Notes: generated from the sequence alone by a model not told the origin. A stretch of DNA of 64,000 nt from an uncultured delta proteobacterium (GCA_963782055.1 CAWAIF010000003.1:2176001-2240000); one strand, 5' to 3'. Positions 46,201 to 57,680 are shown, counted from the first letter of the stretch. Translations and numbers: made by a program.

Positions 46201-48553
46201 CGCGATCGCCCGGAGGGTCGAGCAGGGCGAGCGCCTCGTCGATGGTCATCTCCAGCACGTCCGCCACGCTCTCGCCGCGGTGCCGCACCGCGAGCACCTC
46301 CGGCTTGAAGCGCTTGCCGTGGCACACCGGGCAGAGGAGCTGCACGTCGGCGAGGAACTGCATCTCGACGGTCTCGTAGCCCTCGCCGGAGCAGGTCTCG
46401 CAGCGCCCGGCGCCTGCGACGTTGAAGGAGAAGTGCGCGGGCGTCAGGCCGGCGCTCCGCGACGCCGGCTCCATCGCGAAGCGCGCGCGGATGCGGTCCC
46501 ACGCCTTGGTGTAGGTGGCCGCGTTGCCGCGCGCGGTGCGGCCGAGGGGCGTCTGATCGACGAGCACCACGCGGGCGAGGCGCTCGGTGCCCTCCAGCGC
46601 GTCGTGCGGGCCGGGGCGATCCACCTTGGTGTCGCCCAGCGCGCGGGCGGCGGCGCGGTAGAGCACGTCCTCGGCGAGGGTGGACTTGCCCGATCCGCTC
46701 GGGCCGGTGATGGCGCAGAGCACGCCGAGCGGCACGTCCACGTCCAGCGCGGCGAGGTTGTTGGCGCGCACCCCGCGCAGGCGGAGCGCTCCGGTCGATG
46801 CGCGCGGGGTGGTGGCCTTCGCGCGCGCGCGGGCCCACGCGGCGCCGGTCGGCAGATCGGTGCGGCCGGCGAGCTCCGCGGGCGTGCCGTCGAAGAGCAC
46901 CCGCCCGCCGTCCTTGCCGGCGCCCGGTCCGAGCTCGACGACGCGATCGCACCCGCGGACCACCAGCGCGTCGTGCTCGATCACCAGCGCCGCGTTGCCC
47001 GCGCGCGCCAGCTCGGCCATCGCCCCGGCGAGCTTCGGCACGTCGCTCGGGTGCAGGCCGACGGTCGGCTCGTCCAGCACGAAGAGGGCGCCGGTGATGC
47101 GCGCGCCGAGCGCGGTGGTGAGCCCCGCGCGCTGCGCCTCGCCGCCGGAGAGGGTGCGCGCCTGCCGGTCGAGCGTGATGTAGCCGAGGCCGACGGTGTC
47201 CAGGTACCCGAGGCGCGCGGCGAGCTCTTCCTTCACCACGCGCCCCTGGGGATCGCGCGCCTCGATGGCGTCCACGCGCGCGCGCGCCTCGGCGACGGTC
47301 TGCGCGTGCCACTCCGCCAGGTTCTTGCCGGCGACGCGGTAGGTGAGGGCGGTCTCGTTGAGGCGCGCGCCGTGGCACTTCTCGCACGGGGTGTAGACGC
47401 GGAAGCGGGAGAGGAAGACGCGCACGTGCATCTTGTAGGTGCGCGTCTCCAGCCACTTGAACCACGCGCGCACCCCGGGGAACTTGCCGCCGCGCCAGCT
47501 CCCCTCGCCCTCGAGCACCGCCTCGCGCTGCGCGGGCGTGAGCTTGTCCCACGCGAGGTCCATCGGGATGTCCTTGCGCGCGCAGAACTTCACGAGCTGC
47601 CTGCGCTCCCAGTCGGCGCTCTTGCCCGCCCACGCGCGCAGCGCGCCGTCCTTCAAGGACTTCGAAGGATCCGGGATCACCTTGTCCCAGTCGACCGAGA
47701 TGACGCGCCCGAAGCCGCGGCACTCCCCGCACGCGCCGAGCGGGGAGTTGTAGGAGAAGAGGCCGGGCCGCGCCGGCTCGAACCCGCGCCCGCAGCTCGG
47801 GCAGGACAGGCCGCGCACGACGGGCAGATCGTTGCCGGACTCCAGGTGGATCTCCGCGCGGCCGCGCCCGCGCTCCCACGCCGACTCGATGGCCTGCTGC
47901 ACCCGCCGCGCGCCGCGCTCGGAGAGGGCGACGCGATCGACCACCACCTCCACGCGCGCGCCGGCGGCGGTCGCCTCGCTCGGGCGCACCTCGTCCAGAT
48001 CGCGCTGCGCGCCGCCGACGAGCAGGCGGCGGTAGCCCTCGCGCGCGAGGCTCTCGCGCAGCTCCAGGAACTCCTCCGGCCCGGACGCGCGCACCGCGTA
48101 GCTCACCACCGCGCGCGCGCCCGCGTGCTTCGCGATCGCCTCGCCGGCGGCCTCCGACGCGCGCGTGAGCACCGCGAGCACGCCGCACTCCGGGCACACC
48201 GGCACCGCCTCCCGCGCGAAGAGCGCGGCGAGGTACGGCTCCAGGTCGGCCATGGTGGCGAGGGTGGAGCGGCTGGACTTGATGGGCGCGCGGCGGTCCA
48301 CCGCGACCGTGGCGGCGACCGGCTCGAGCGAGTCGATGGGCGGTCGCTCCAGGCGCTCCAGGAACTGCCGCGCGTACGGGGAGAAGCTCTCGACGAAGCG
48401 GCGCTGCCCCTCGGCGTAGAGCGTGTCCATCGCGAGCGAGGACTTGCCCGCGCCGCTCGGCCCGGTGACGGCCACGAGCTCGCCGGCCCGGAGGTCCAGG
48501 TCGACGGAGCGGAGGTTGTGCGTGCGGGCGCCGCGGAGGCGGATGGGGTGCAT
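43232..48553 (-). CDS. uvrA: Excinuclease ABC subunit A, double-length (four ABC ATPase modules)
   Basis: Four G.SG.GKS Walker A and four LSGGE/LDEP motifs; zinc fingers; ATG at 48553 ([14 protein letters not shown]), 1773 aa. Confidence 0.95.
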   Translation of the reverse strand: MHPIRLRGARTHNLRSVDLDLRAGELVAVTGPSGAGKSSLAMDTLYAEGQRRFVESFSPYARQFLERLERPPIDSLEPVAATVAVDRRAPIKSSRSTLATMADLEPYLAALFAREAVPVCPECGVLAVLTRASEAAGEAIAKHAGARAVVSYAVRASGPEEFLELRESLAREGYRRLLVGGAQRDLDEVRPSEATAAGARVEVVVDRVALSERGARRVQQAIESAWERGRGRAEIHLESGNDLPVVRGLSCPSCGRGFEPARPGLFSYNSPLGACGECRGFGRVISVDWDKVIPDPSKSLKDGALRAWAGKSADWERRQLVKFCARKDIPMDLAWDKLTPAQREAVLEGEGSWRGGKFPGVRAWFKWLETRTYKMHVRVFLSRFRVYTPCEKCHGARLNETALTYRVAGKNLAEWHAQTVAEARARVDAIEARDPQGRVVKEELAARLGYLDTVGLGYITLDRQARTLSGGEAQRAGLTTALGARITGALFVLDEPTVGLHPSDVPKLAGAMAELARAGNAALVIEHDALVVRGCDRVVELGPGAGKDGGRVLFDGTPAELAGRTDLPTGAAWARARAKATTPRASTGALRLRGVRANNLAALDVDVPLGVLCAITGPSGSGKSTLAEDVLYRAAARALGDTKVDRPGPHDALEGTERLARVVLVDQTPLGRTARGNAATYTKAWDRIRARFAMEPASRSAGLTPAHFSFNVAGAGRCETCSGEGYETVEMQFLADVQLLCPVCHGKRFKPEVLAVRHRGESVADVLEMTIDEALALLDPPGDRDYVIRRTLEPVARVGLGYLPLGQPLSTLSGGEAQRLKLARALVEKAKGTLFVLDEPSAGLHAQDTEKVIAALHALCDAGASVVVVEHDLDIVRAADWVIDLGPGAGPDGGHVVASGTPAEVQEVAGSKTGVALAARSAPAHARKNGKGAAAPKDVAAAPATIHVENAREHNLREVSCEIPHGALCVVTGPSGSGKSSLAFDVVFAEGQRRFMETLTPYARQFLPTLPRPDVDRVTGVPPSIALEQRTTRGGANSTVATVTEIAHYLRLLYAKVGELHCPECDAVVAPSTPDELFTRLTAGGDRTKKTVYAPAVRARKGTYLDLFTQASRAGVSTARVDGAIVAIDPPPKLYKTKEHTIDLIVHYGPLSALDRPTFERALSWGNGALRVAGGPPTAKPAASEVLASTARACPSCGTGVPELDPRWFSFNTKQGQCEECEGTGIEGGPDAEAEGETDPCEACEGTRLSPVPRRVRLFGETYPALLARDVTSARALVRSWKLTGKDAAIGDVALAELGRRLDFALEVGLGYLALDRWASTLSGGEMQRLRLSAQLGSGLTGALYVLDEPTIGLHPRDTKKLLDNLRALVNTGSTVLVVEHDAETIRAADHVIDLGPAGGRHGGLIVAEGPAKKVLASDSPTAVALRDHTLPERPKRPMPDRFLELSGAREHNLRDVRLRVPVGRMTVVAGVSGSGKSTLVRGVFYPALRQALGLVHDAPGAHDKIAGTRYVKRALAVDQSPIGRTPRSVPATFLGVWDELRRLFAALPESKTRGYTAARFSFNTPKGGRCPACEGQGVIVAEMAFLPDVVSPCETCGGARFEPATLDVRYMDLSVGDVLHLTAEDAARLFAHHPKVHRPLATLTDLGVGYLQLGQGSHTLSGGEAQRLKLAAELTAGVAHEPTVYVLDEPTTGLHLSDVRRLVQVLDRLVERGDTLVIVEHHPDVIASADWVVELGPEGGAGGGRVVYEGEPKAIGKAKTATGRFFAGVARG

Positions 48554-51282
48554 CGGGGGGGGAGCGGGCCGGACAGTATGCGCATCCGGGGGGCGGATGG
48601 CGAGGGGGCCTATCGGTGTCGGGCGATTGGCCGCGGGCAGCGGTCGTTCCCTCGGCGGGCAATCACGCTGAGGACGCCACCGGCCGGCCGACCGCGCCGC
48701 GGCGCGCTCGGGCTGACCGCCGCAACAGACGCAGCCCGGCCGGCGGTGGCTCGAAGATCCGGCCCCCCGTTGCGATGTCCGGCCATCCGTGCTGTGCTGA
48801 AGACACGGGAGGTGGGAGATGGTCCGTGCCCGTTTCGCTGGGGTGGTGCTAGCGGTAGCAGCGGTAGGAGGCGCCGCCTGTTCCTCCACTTCGGGGGAGG
48901 CCACGGGGAGCCAGGCCGCCGCCGTCGCTCAAGGAGCGCAGGACACGGGCGAGACCTACAAGTTCGTCGGCGGCCTGCAGAAGTCCCCCGGCGGATCGCC
49001 AATCTGTAGCGCGTTTCTCGTATCGCCGACCTATGCCATCACGGCGAATCACTGCATCACGAACAATCCCTCCCTGCCAAGCGGGCTGGCCGGAACGCAG
49101 GTCACGAGCCTGCGCATTTCGTTTGCGTACGACCCAACCAGTGTCACGAGCACCTCGGATCTCCGCTTGGCGACCCACACGTACCCCAGCAGCGGCGCCG
49201 TTCAGGTCCGGTTCCTGGACATCCAGGGCCCCAACGGGAACGACGCTGCCCACGACGTGGCGGTGATCAAGCTCGACACGCCCGTGTCACAGCTTGCCGT
49301 GACCCCAGTCGCCATCGGCGGCATCGGCAACACGCCGCAGTGCGAGTCGTCCATCCAGGACGCATATCTGGTCGGTTACGGGGGAACCAACCTCATCGGC
49401 GATACCACGAGCGGCTTCCGCACCTTTAGTTTTACGCACGACTGGGATCGCCACACTGCAGACCCCACCTTCTCGGACTGCCTTTCTGGACCTCCCGACT
49501 ACGATCCCGGGAACTTCACCTTCGTGGATTCGTGGGGCCCCGGCGGTCTAGGCTACAGTGGCGCGCTCAAGGGCGACTCCGGCGGGGCTCTGCTTCAGAG
49601 CTTGAACGGCGGTCTTCAGGTTTGCGGCGTCACGAGCCGTTACGGCGCCGAGCCGTGTCACTTCCTGGACGTCTTCAGCGAGTCTGCCGGGACCGACTCC
49701 GGGGAGAACGCCGCGTTCATCGGCAACATCATCCTCGACAGCCAGAAGCGACTCAAGGGATATTGCTACGGCCCCGCGGTCGATCAGGACAACGACGGAG
49801 TGTACGATAGCTGCGACAATTGCCCGAACGTCTACAACCCTGGGCAGTACGATCAGGACGGCGACGGCTGGGGCGACGTATGCGACAACTGTAATGACGT
49901 CGCAAATCCGGGGACATCGAAGCTGTTCGACCCCGATACGCCGCATCAGGCAGACGTCAACTTCGACGGTGAGGAGCGTGCGCTCGGCGCCGGGGTCCGC
50001 GTGCCCCCTACAAATCCACCGCCAAGCAGTACATATCTCACCGATAACTTCCCTGGGGACCGGTGCGACCCGAATCCCGTCACAGTGATGAGCTCCACCG
50101 GTGTGGATTACCCCGGGTCGCGCAAGATCCCTTGCACGATTCATTTCACCGGTGCGCATTGTCCGCCAAACATACCAGACGTCACTACGACATGCGGACT
50201 GGCGCACGGGAACGGGATTCATGCCTCCGAGATCGTCGCCAAGAGTAGTACCGCCTACGGCGTCACGCGAACGATGGCCTGCTCGTGCCCCATGACTGAC
50301 CTGGATCTCTGCGGCGACGGCTTCGGCTGCACGCGTGGTAGCGGCGGTCTCGACTATGGAGGCGGGTGGGTACGGATGACGATGGACGATCCGTCCAATG
50401 GGAATCAGATCACCCTCGCCTACAAGACTGCCTCGACGGGTTATCTGGATACGATGCACGAGCGGATCGATACCGGGTCGGCCAACGATCAGTCATGGGG
50501 CTGGGCTTACTGGAAGGACTTCGGTCTCGGCCCTGCCCAGCCCACGAGCCACGCTACGGTGCTGAGTGGCTTCATGTGGTCTTGGGTGCGAACTTATGGT
50601 TACAGCAAGCCATATCCCAAGACGAGTGAGACCCCGACGGGGCCGGAGAGCTCGCAATGGAGGCGTCAGGTCGTCGCGCCCGTTGACGTCTTCGAGGACG
50701 GTGTGAGCGACGTGACGGTGGATTGCGTTCCAAAGCCCATCAAGGCCATCAACCTCGTGAACCTCCAGTCGTGCCCCATGTGCGGCGGGAACTCGGCGTT
50801 GCTGATCCCGACGGAGTCCTCGGACCCGTGGAACGTCGTGTCCGCAGGATTGGCCGACCTCGACGCGACCAGCTTGCTCGATGGGGCCGTCAAGCAGGCG
50901 CTGATGGACGAGAACTCGTTGGTGCTGCTTGCGAACGATGTGAACTGGACGGCGGGGGGGGTTCAAGGTGCCATCGTCGATCGTCTGAGCCACTCCGTGG
51001 TCTACCCATTGAATGCCCTTCCGGACGGGCACGTGACCCTGGCCGGTGGTCCCGCGGGCGATCCTCCCGCGGGTGCACCCGCACCTCCGGAGCTGGTGAC
51101 CATGAGCGGACGCCGGCAGCAGGTGGCGTTTTTCGACCAGCAGGACGATAGTGGTAACTACGTCGCAAAGACCTACGACTTCGAGACCGCCAGCTACGCC
51201 ACGAGGCACTACCTGGGGCGAGACGGCCTCGTCGACCCTGCCGCGGTGGCTTATCGTCCGGAGGATGACGACTACTACGTGC

Positions 51283-52731
51283 GGCTCCCCCGCCGAATCC
51301 GTGGGTTGACGTGAAGCGGATCGCTCGGCGCTCGTCACGGGGCTCGCATCGCGGGAGCGTGTGGGCGTCCCGCCCGCGAGCCTCGCGCCGAGCGCCGGTC
51401 GTTGGGGCTGGAAGGGAAGGATGCATCGTGCAAGGAAGACGGCATCCAACCTCCAACCCCCTCGCACGATGCACCTTCAATCTATCCTGCGCCGGCTGCA
51501 GCCGCAGCCCGGATTCGTCTACGACAAGATCACCTGGGCCGGGACGCCCACGCGGCCAGCGCTGCACGTCCACGTTCGACCTCGCCGCGGGTCCCTTGCC
51601 GTGTGCTCGCACTGCTACCGGAAGCGGCGCGGCTACGACCACGGGCCGCCGCGCCTGTTCACCTTCGTGCCGCTCTGGGGCATCGCGGTGTTGTTCGTCT
51701 ATGCGATGCGCCGCGTGGACTGTCCGCGTTGCGGCGTCACGGTGGAGCTGGTGCCCTGGGCCTCCGGCAAGAGCCAGGCGACGCACGCGTTCGTGTGGTT
51801 CGTCGCGAGCTGGGCGCGGGTGCTCTCGTGGACGGAGGTGGCGCGCCGCTTCCACTCGAGCTGGGACACCGTCTTCCGCTGCGTCGAGCACGCGGTACAG
51901 TGGGGCCTCGAGCATCGCAGCCTCGATGGCATCCGGTCCATCGGCGTCGACGAGCTGGCCTGGAAGAAGGGGCAGAAGTACCTCACCGTCGTCTACCAGA
52001 TCGACCACGACTGCCGTCGCCTGCTCCACATCGCCCGCGACCGCACCGCCGCGAGCTTCCATTCCTTCTTCGACATGCTCGGCGAGGAGCGCACCAAGGC
52101 TATCGCCTTCGTGGCCAGCGACATGTGGCGTGCCTTCCTCAGCGTCGTGCAGGCCCGCTGCTCCGTCGTCCTCCACGTGCTGGACCGCTTCCACGTCGCC
52201 AAGCTCCTCGGCGAGGCCGTCGACACCGTCCGTCGCGACGAGGTCCGCGCCCTGCGCGCCACCGGACGCCACCCCCTGCTCACCAAGACCCGCTGGCTGC
52301 TGCTCAAGCGGCCCAAGAACCTCCGGCGCGGCGAGCGCGGTCGCCTGCGCGAGCTCGTCCGCATCAACCTTCGCTCCGTCCGTGCCTACCTGCTCAAGGA
52401 GCAGTTCCAGCACTTCTGGACCTACACCTCGGTCGCCGGCGCCGGCCGCTTCCTCGACCGCTGGACCACCATGGCCTTGCGGTCCCGCCTCGCCCCCTTT
52501 GCGAAGTTCGCGCGCACCCTCCGGAGCCACCGACGCGAGCTGCTCAACTGGTTCCTCGCCCGAGGGGAGTTCGCCGCGGGCGCCACCGAGGGATTCAACA
52601 ACAAGGCGCGAGTTACGACCCGAAAGGCGTACGGCTTCCGCAGTCCAAGACACGCCGAGATCGCCCTGTATCATGCGCTTGGTGCCCTACCCGAGCCGCC
52701 TTGGCTCACCCACAGATTCTGCTGAGGAGGC
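51283..52731 (+). mobile_element. ISL3-family insertion sequence
   Basis: 8-bp TSD CTACGTGC (51275-51282 and 52732-52739); imperfect TIRs matching 19 of 24 positions. Confidence 0.95.
51469..52725 (+). CDS. ISL3-family transposase
   Basis: N-terminal zinc finger; IGVDE, SDMW, DRFH, EGFNNK, KAYGFR. Confidence 0.95.
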   Translation: MHLQSILRRLQPQPGFVYDKITWAGTPTRPALHVHVRPRRGSLAVCSHCYRKRRGYDHGPPRLFTFVPLWGIAVLFVYAMRRVDCPRCGVTVELVPWASGKSQATHAFVWFVASWARVLSWTEVARRFHSSWDTVFRCVEHAVQWGLEHRSLDGIRSIGVDELAWKKGQKYLTVVYQIDHDCRRLLHIARDRTAASFHSFFDMLGEERTKAIAFVASDMWRAFLSVVQARCSVVLHVLDRFHVAKLLGEAVDTVRRDEVRALRATGRHPLLTKTRWLLLKRPKNLRRGERGRLRELVRINLRSVRAYLLKEQFQHFWTYTSVAGAGRFLDRWTTMALRSRLAPFAKFARTLRSHRRELLNWFLARGEFAAGATEGFNNKARVTTRKAYGFRSPRHAEIALYHALGALPEPPWLTHRFC

Positions 52732-53148
52732 CTACGTGCTCGACCGCTGTGCGGAGAAGCCGGGGCGCATGTGCCTGTACGGGATCGGTACGGGCTGGGC
52801 GCCGGTGCTGATCGCCAAGTGGCCCCGGATCGGGAGCTTCTCGTCCTTCGACATCACGCCCGGCCGAGACGGCTCGCTGGTCCTCTCGGCGTCCAAGGCA
52901 AACGCTCACGCGATCGCCGTCCTTTCGATCACTGCGGATGGTGTCGCGCTCGAAGGTCTCTTCTTCGGACCCGACGAGATGGCGACACCCGCGTTCAAGA
53001 GCCTCGATGGTATCAGCTACGTCGCGCGCTTGAAGGACGGCACCCTGGAGCCGAGGCGGCAGCCCATGCGCGCAGGTGGCCCGAAGGATCGCGTCGGACA
53101 TGGAATGGACGCCGCCCAACTGACGGGCTTCTTTTGACCGGGAGTGCC

Positions 53149-53685
53149 ATGCGTGCGGGGATGAGCCGACTAGCTACCACCGTCGGAGTGGTGGCGATCG
53201 GCGTTTGTGCCTGCAATACGTGCCCGACACCGAAGTGCAACAATATTCCGATCGACGTCCTTGGGGAGTGCGCGGTGGCGTTGCACTCCTGTTCGATCGA
53301 TGGCCACGTCTACGCGAGCTGTACGCCGGGGACCGGTGACTGTGGTGCGCTGTACCATCTTGCCCCCGGCTCTGTCGTCGACATTCCTATCGGTCCGGTG
53401 TGGGAGAATGCTGGTACGAGGTCGGATCTGGATATCTACTTCGGGCATGGCGGGGCGGTTGCTCCCGGCGACGCCGACTTCTCGACGGCGACGGTGTTGC
53501 TCGACGGGAAGCCCGCGCCGGACACGGGCTCCGAACGCTGCGAGCGGTACCATGATGAGGTCAAGTGTTATGGAGTGCGAGGCGTCCAGGACGTCCAGTT
53601 CTCCTATGCGTCACCGAACGAGGTGGTATCGTACGACGTCGACATCGTGGACTTCGCCTGCGATGCTCCCGTCTGTCAGGTCTAA
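53149..53685 (+). CDS. Cys-rich hypothetical lipoprotein
   Basis: Signal peptide ending VCAC; tightly packed between the protease and the partner gene. Confidence 0.65.
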   Translation: MRAGMSRLATTVGVVAIGVCACNTCPTPKCNNIPIDVLGECAVALHSCSIDGHVYASCTPGTGDCGALYHLAPGSVVDIPIGPVWENAGTRSDLDIYFGHGGAVAPGDADFSTATVLLDGKPAPDTGSERCERYHDEVKCYGVRGVQDVQFSYASPNEVVSYDVDIVDFACDAPVCQV

Positions 53686-53691
53686 CTGGAG

Positions 53692-55125
53692 ATGAGGAAG
53701 CGGGCCTACGTGGTGGTCGGAGGGGTTGCGCTCGCGGCGACCGTCGTGGCGCGCTTTGCCGCGTGCTCACCGCCCAGCACGAACGGACCGCCGCTCGTAG
53801 ACGGCGGGGTGTTGGTGCACGTGCACGGCTCCGATGCCCTGCCTGATCCCCCGATCGTCCCAGATGACTCCGACGCGTGGGATGCCGGCGTCAACCCCTT
53901 CACCGGCGATTGGACCCATCTGCCCGGAGATCCCATCAACTGCGGGCTGCGCATCGCCGTGAACCCTGCATCTTCCGTGGGACCACTGAGCTTCGTTCCC
54001 TGCGAATCGGGTCGGCCTGGGTGTCGCAGGCTCGTCGTGGATTGGACCGACAATCCTTACGGGGCCATCTTCTTTCCGGACTTCGACACCGAGCCCGTCA
54101 AGCAGATCGGCGACAAGCGCTACCTCTTGATGGAGCGCCGCTGGCCCCTCGACCCGCAGTTTCAGTATACCGGGGCCACGGCCGCGATCGTGGCGGTCGT
54201 CGACGAGGTGGACGGGCCGCCGGTCTTCGCCGTGGGGACGTTCACTCCACCGCCTCCTTTTCGGTGGTGTGGCTTCATGCCTGCATTCTCGTCGGCGGGT
54301 GTGGCCGTGCACGCCCTTCCGCGGCCCTATCAGTCGTGGGACATCTTCGCGTGGGGTGGGTGGCCGCCATCTTCGAGTTTGACGAGCAAGACATTCCCTC
54401 ACGCGGTCTTCCCGGGAGGTTGCGACTTCTGCGGCAGGGTGACGATCTCGGGCGCTCCGAGCCTGCTGTCGTGCCAGTGCGAGGGTCAGGACATCCCCGC
54501 GCTGTTCAACACGGGGAACCAGGCGCTCACGTTCGTCGGGGCGGCCCCGTTCGTTGGCCGGGATATCTTTTCCGCCGTCAAGGACGGCTGGATCGCCCAG
54601 TCCAACCTCGACCCCGCCGGCATCGATCTCATCCGCCGCGACGGGTCGACGGTTCCGCTCGTCAGGCACCCTCACCGTGTCCTGGCCATGGCTGTGGACC
54701 GGACGGACGGCGACCGGCTGGCGTGGATGGAGGCGGACGAGGTCACCTTCGGCGTGTATGGCCCCGCGACGCTCTGGACCGCGCCCTACGCGGCCACGCC
54801 TGCCTCGCTCGTCGCCCGACGCGTGGCGGTCAGCCCCGAGGACGACGTGGATCCGCTCTGGATCCCGGGCCACGAGATGGTGGTCAACGTGGGCTGCGCG
54901 CTCTTTCGGGCGAGCCGCAAGGTGGCGTACCTGACCCGGCTCACCGACGGGCTGAGCTGGAGCATCCCAGCGGAGCCAGGCCAGGTGTTCACTCGACCGC
55001 TATGGGTGGATTCCGGCGAGGTCTGGCTGGCGACGGCGGACGAGAAGACGCCCACCAAGCCCTTCGGCATCGTCCGGCTGGCGCGCTCCAACCTGGGGAC
55101 GCCAACAGTCGGGCCCGGGCTCTGA
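53692..55125 (+). CDS. Hypothetical lipoprotein (paralog of 35928-37271)
   Basis: FAAC lipobox; GCRRLVVDW, DGDRLAWMEA, LWTAPYA, RLTDGLSW. Confidence 0.8.
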   Translation: MRKRAYVVVGGVALAATVVARFAACSPPSTNGPPLVDGGVLVHVHGSDALPDPPIVPDDSDAWDAGVNPFTGDWTHLPGDPINCGLRIAVNPASSVGPLSFVPCESGRPGCRRLVVDWTDNPYGAIFFPDFDTEPVKQIGDKRYLLMERRWPLDPQFQYTGATAAIVAVVDEVDGPPVFAVGTFTPPPPFRWCGFMPAFSSAGVAVHALPRPYQSWDIFAWGGWPPSSSLTSKTFPHAVFPGGCDFCGRVTISGAPSLLSCQCEGQDIPALFNTGNQALTFVGAAPFVGRDIFSAVKDGWIAQSNLDPAGIDLIRRDGSTVPLVRHPHRVLAMAVDRTDGDRLAWMEADEVTFGVYGPATLWTAPYAATPASLVARRVAVSPEDDVDPLWIPGHEMVVNVGCALFRASRKVAYLTRLTDGLSWSIPAEPGQVFTRPLWVDSGEVWLATADEKTPTKPFGIVRLARSNLGTPTVGPGL

Positions 55126-55142
55126 TCGGATGACTGAGGATT

Positions 55143-55178
55143 GAGGCGCGCGTCAGCACCGCGAGCACGCCGCACTCC
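55143..55178 (-). repeat. 36-bp direct repeat of an internal uvrA segment (48156-48191)
   Basis: 34/36 identity; encodes [12 protein letters not shown]; both mismatches are synonymous. Confidence 0.9.
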
Positions 55179-57457
55179 AGAGTTCGGCATGGCCTCTCAC
55201 CCGATCTGGGCTCGAAACCTGAGCCGGCGGCGTCTTGAATCGCCGGGCAGGGTGAGCTTCTGGCGGTTGATGGCGGCGAGCAGCTCGCCAAAGGCGGCGT
55301 GCTCCAGCGCAGTGCCGGCGGGCGCCAGGTCGACGGCGATGGTGCGTAGTCCGACGCGTACTCGGCCAGGCGCGGCAAGCAGGTTGGCCAGCGTCTTCTT
55401 CGCCTCCGTCGGGCGGGGCAGGCGCGAGCCCAGCAACGCAGCGAGGTCAGCCTCGGCGTTCGCGCACGCGATTCTCAGCGTGTCGAGCACGGTCTTGCTC
55501 CCGCTCTCGTGACGTCGGAGCTTTCCGGCGAGCTCGGTGTCGCACAGCGGCGCGTGCTTGGGCGTCGTCGGCCGCTGCTCTTCGAGCTGGCGCTGCAACG
55601 CGATGGCATCCTCGAGGTCGCGCTCGATTCGCGCCCGTCGCCGGTCCTCGTCGGGGAGCTGCGCGAGCAACCGCCGCGCGTCGCCCTCGCGGATGCATGC
55701 GACGCGCATCGCGCGATCGAGTCGGCGCCGCGCCGGGTTGGGCACGATCGTGTCAGGGAGGTACGCGATGGTCTCGCGCCGGTCGAGCTGGTTGATGCCC
55801 CAGCGCTCCACCCCGTGCTTGAAGCCGTTCTCCTGCCGCCAGCGACCACGCATGATCTCGATGAGGCGCGTGGCGTCGCAGGTGGAGACGGCGAGCAGAT
55901 TGACCTGGCGGCCGTCGGCCTCCCGCACCGCGATGCGACGCACACGGCCACGTCCGGCGCCCAGGTTGATCTGCGACTCGACGTAGCGCACGTCGTCGTC
56001 CTCGCCGACGTGTGCGCTCTCGGTGAAGGCGGACTCGGCCAGCTTGGGGAAGGGACGTCGCTCGTAGGTCACCAGCTCGAAGCCCGCGTCGCGCAGCCGC
56101 GCCATCGACTCCGCGAAGGAGCCCGCGCGATCGAACGCGAGCAGCACGCGCTCGCCGTCGCCCACCACACGACGAAGTACTCGTGCGATCGGCGCGAGCC
56201 ACTGCGTGAGCGAGTCGTGGGATGCGACGTCGACGCGGAAGAGCGGCCGGCCGTCCTCATCGTGCACGTAGTAGTCCGTGATTCCGGGGCAGACACGCTT
56301 GTCCTGCATGCGCCAGCCTCGCCGGATGACCTGCTTGCCCGTGTACGGCCGGAGGTGGTTGTCGACGTAGTAGACGCCGCGCTCTGCGGCGCGCGGCGCG
56401 CGCAGGTACCGACCGAGCATGGCGACGTGAAACCGCACGGCGCCGAGCTGCTCGGCGAATCTCGCCATCGTCCGGCGCACGCTCCGCGGCGACGGGCACG
56501 CGGTGGCCCGCAGCAACACGGCCAACGTCGGCGTCGCGATCCGTCGTACGCCTTCGACGCAGCGCTGCCCGAGCGTGAGTGAGATGGCCGCCGCATCGAG
56601 CGCGACGCGCGTCGTGTGACCTTCCATTCGCCCCGCAGTTGCGCGCGCCGCCGCGTCGTAGAGCCCGAGCTTCGCCAGCGTCGCGAGCATCAGCCACGTG
56701 CCCGCGTGCTGCACGTACGCGCTGCTCCGCACGACCTCGTCTGCGACCGGCTCCGGCGGCGGCGGCTTGGGTCGCACGGCCATGCGCTTGATGCCCGGCA
56801 GCGGCAGCGTCTGCTCCCGCTCCGCCGCCGCCTCGTCAGCCGCACGCTTCGCACGCTCCGCTTCGCGCTTCTTGCTCCACGCCGTGTGCACGTGCCCGAC
56901 GGTGCTGTAGCCGAGACCGCGGACCTTCTTGTGCGCCGCCTCGATCGTCAGCCCGGCGTCGAAGAGCGCCTCGAGCGCCGCGCGCTTCTTGGGCGTCACC
57001 TTCGGCGGCCGACCGTTGCGCGCCGGCGTCACGAGCGCCGCCATCCCCTCCCGCTCGTACTTGCGCCGAAGCTCCCGCATCCGCTCGCTCGAGATGCCGA
57101 ACGCCTTCGCCATCCTCCCGAGATGCGTCCTCGGCTCTGCCGCGAGCGTCACGATCAGCACGTTGCGGCTCGTCACGTCATCGCTCGTGAACATCCCGAC
57201 GAGCACCCCGCCCACGAACACCTCACGACGGTCGCCGTGGTCCACCACGCACGCCCTGTCGGAGAACCACCGGATGTGGCCCTGCTGGCCATCGTCGGGT
57301 AGTGTCTTCTGCCCCATCGCCTCCGTCTTCATCGCCTCTGTCAGACGGCGAAGCCAGACGAAAATTCACCGCCCCTTCACAGAGAAGCCGGAACCCTCCA
57401 AGTCGCGGAAATCAGCCGCCACGGGCGATCATGCAGTCAGGTCGCGCCGAACTCTGG
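55177..57457 (-). mobile_element. Insertion sequence of uncertain family (DDE, IS4-superfamily-like)
   Basis: 12-bp perfect TIRs CCAGAGTTCGGC (55177-55188) and GCCGAACTCTGG (57446-57457); no TSD seen. Confidence 0.85.
55197..57332 (-). CDS. Large DDE transposase with N-terminal HTH
   Basis: HTH with GRPPK; YYVDNH, AFDRAG, RWRQENGFK (YREK-like). Confidence 0.85.
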   Translation of the reverse strand: MKTEAMGQKTLPDDGQQGHIRWFSDRACVVDHGDRREVFVGGVLVGMFTSDDVTSRNVLIVTLAAEPRTHLGRMAKAFGISSERMRELRRKYEREGMAALVTPARNGRPPKVTPKKRAALEALFDAGLTIEAAHKKVRGLGYSTVGHVHTAWSKKREAERAKRAADEAAAEREQTLPLPGIKRMAVRPKPPPPEPVADEVVRSSAYVQHAGTWLMLATLAKLGLYDAAARATAGRMEGHTTRVALDAAAISLTLGQRCVEGVRRIATPTLAVLLRATACPSPRSVRRTMARFAEQLGAVRFHVAMLGRYLRAPRAAERGVYYVDNHLRPYTGKQVIRRGWRMQDKRVCPGITDYYVHDEDGRPLFRVDVASHDSLTQWLAPIARVLRRVVGDGERVLLAFDRAGSFAESMARLRDAGFELVTYERRPFPKLAESAFTESAHVGEDDDVRYVESQINLGAGRGRVRRIAVREADGRQVNLLAVSTCDATRLIEIMRGRWRQENGFKHGVERWGINQLDRRETIAYLPDTIVPNPARRRLDRAMRVACIREGDARRLLAQLPDEDRRRARIERDLEDAIALQRQLEEQRPTTPKHAPLCDTELAGKLRRHESGSKTVLDTLRIACANAEADLAALLGSRLPRPTEAKKTLANLLAAPGRVRVGLRTIAVDLAPAGTALEHAAFGELLAAINRQKLTLPGDSRRRRLRFRAQIG

Positions 57458-57680
57458 TGCGCCGCGCCGCTGAAGCCGTCGAGGGTCGCGAGGTGGCGGC
57501 CGGCCGTTCCTGCGTTCGGGGTGTTGTCGAACTTGTAGACCTGACCACTGCCTCGGCGCGTACACCGAGGGCAGCATCGCCACCGCGGGTCCGGCCGGCC
57601 CCCACGAGAACACAGGCTACCTTACAGGCGTCGCCCGCGCTCCCGACGGGTCGCTCGTGTACCCGAGCTTCATCGACGTC
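57458..57680. pseudogene. Two opposed fragments of a teneurin-like RHS paralog
   Basis: Minus 57543-57458 QVYKFD..GRHLATL resembles AIYKFD.GQHVATL; plus 57546-57680 YTEG..LTGVARAPDGSLVY resembles YLEG..LVGLADGQDGSLLY of the neighbouring RHS protein. Confidence 0.6.

Larger units (their letters stand above)
48819..53137 (+). pseudogene. Trypsin-like/TSP3 lipoprotein protease interrupted by ISL3
   Basis: GGAAC lipobox; TANHC, HDVAV, GDSGG; DNCPNVYNPGQ.D.DGDG.GD.C; removing the IS plus one TSD restores DDDYY-VLDRC and a 953-aa ORF. Confidence 0.88.

Noticed and set aside
48554..48904. N-terminal extension of UvrA
   Set aside because: Homology begins at ATG 48553, and the extension overlaps the divergent protease start
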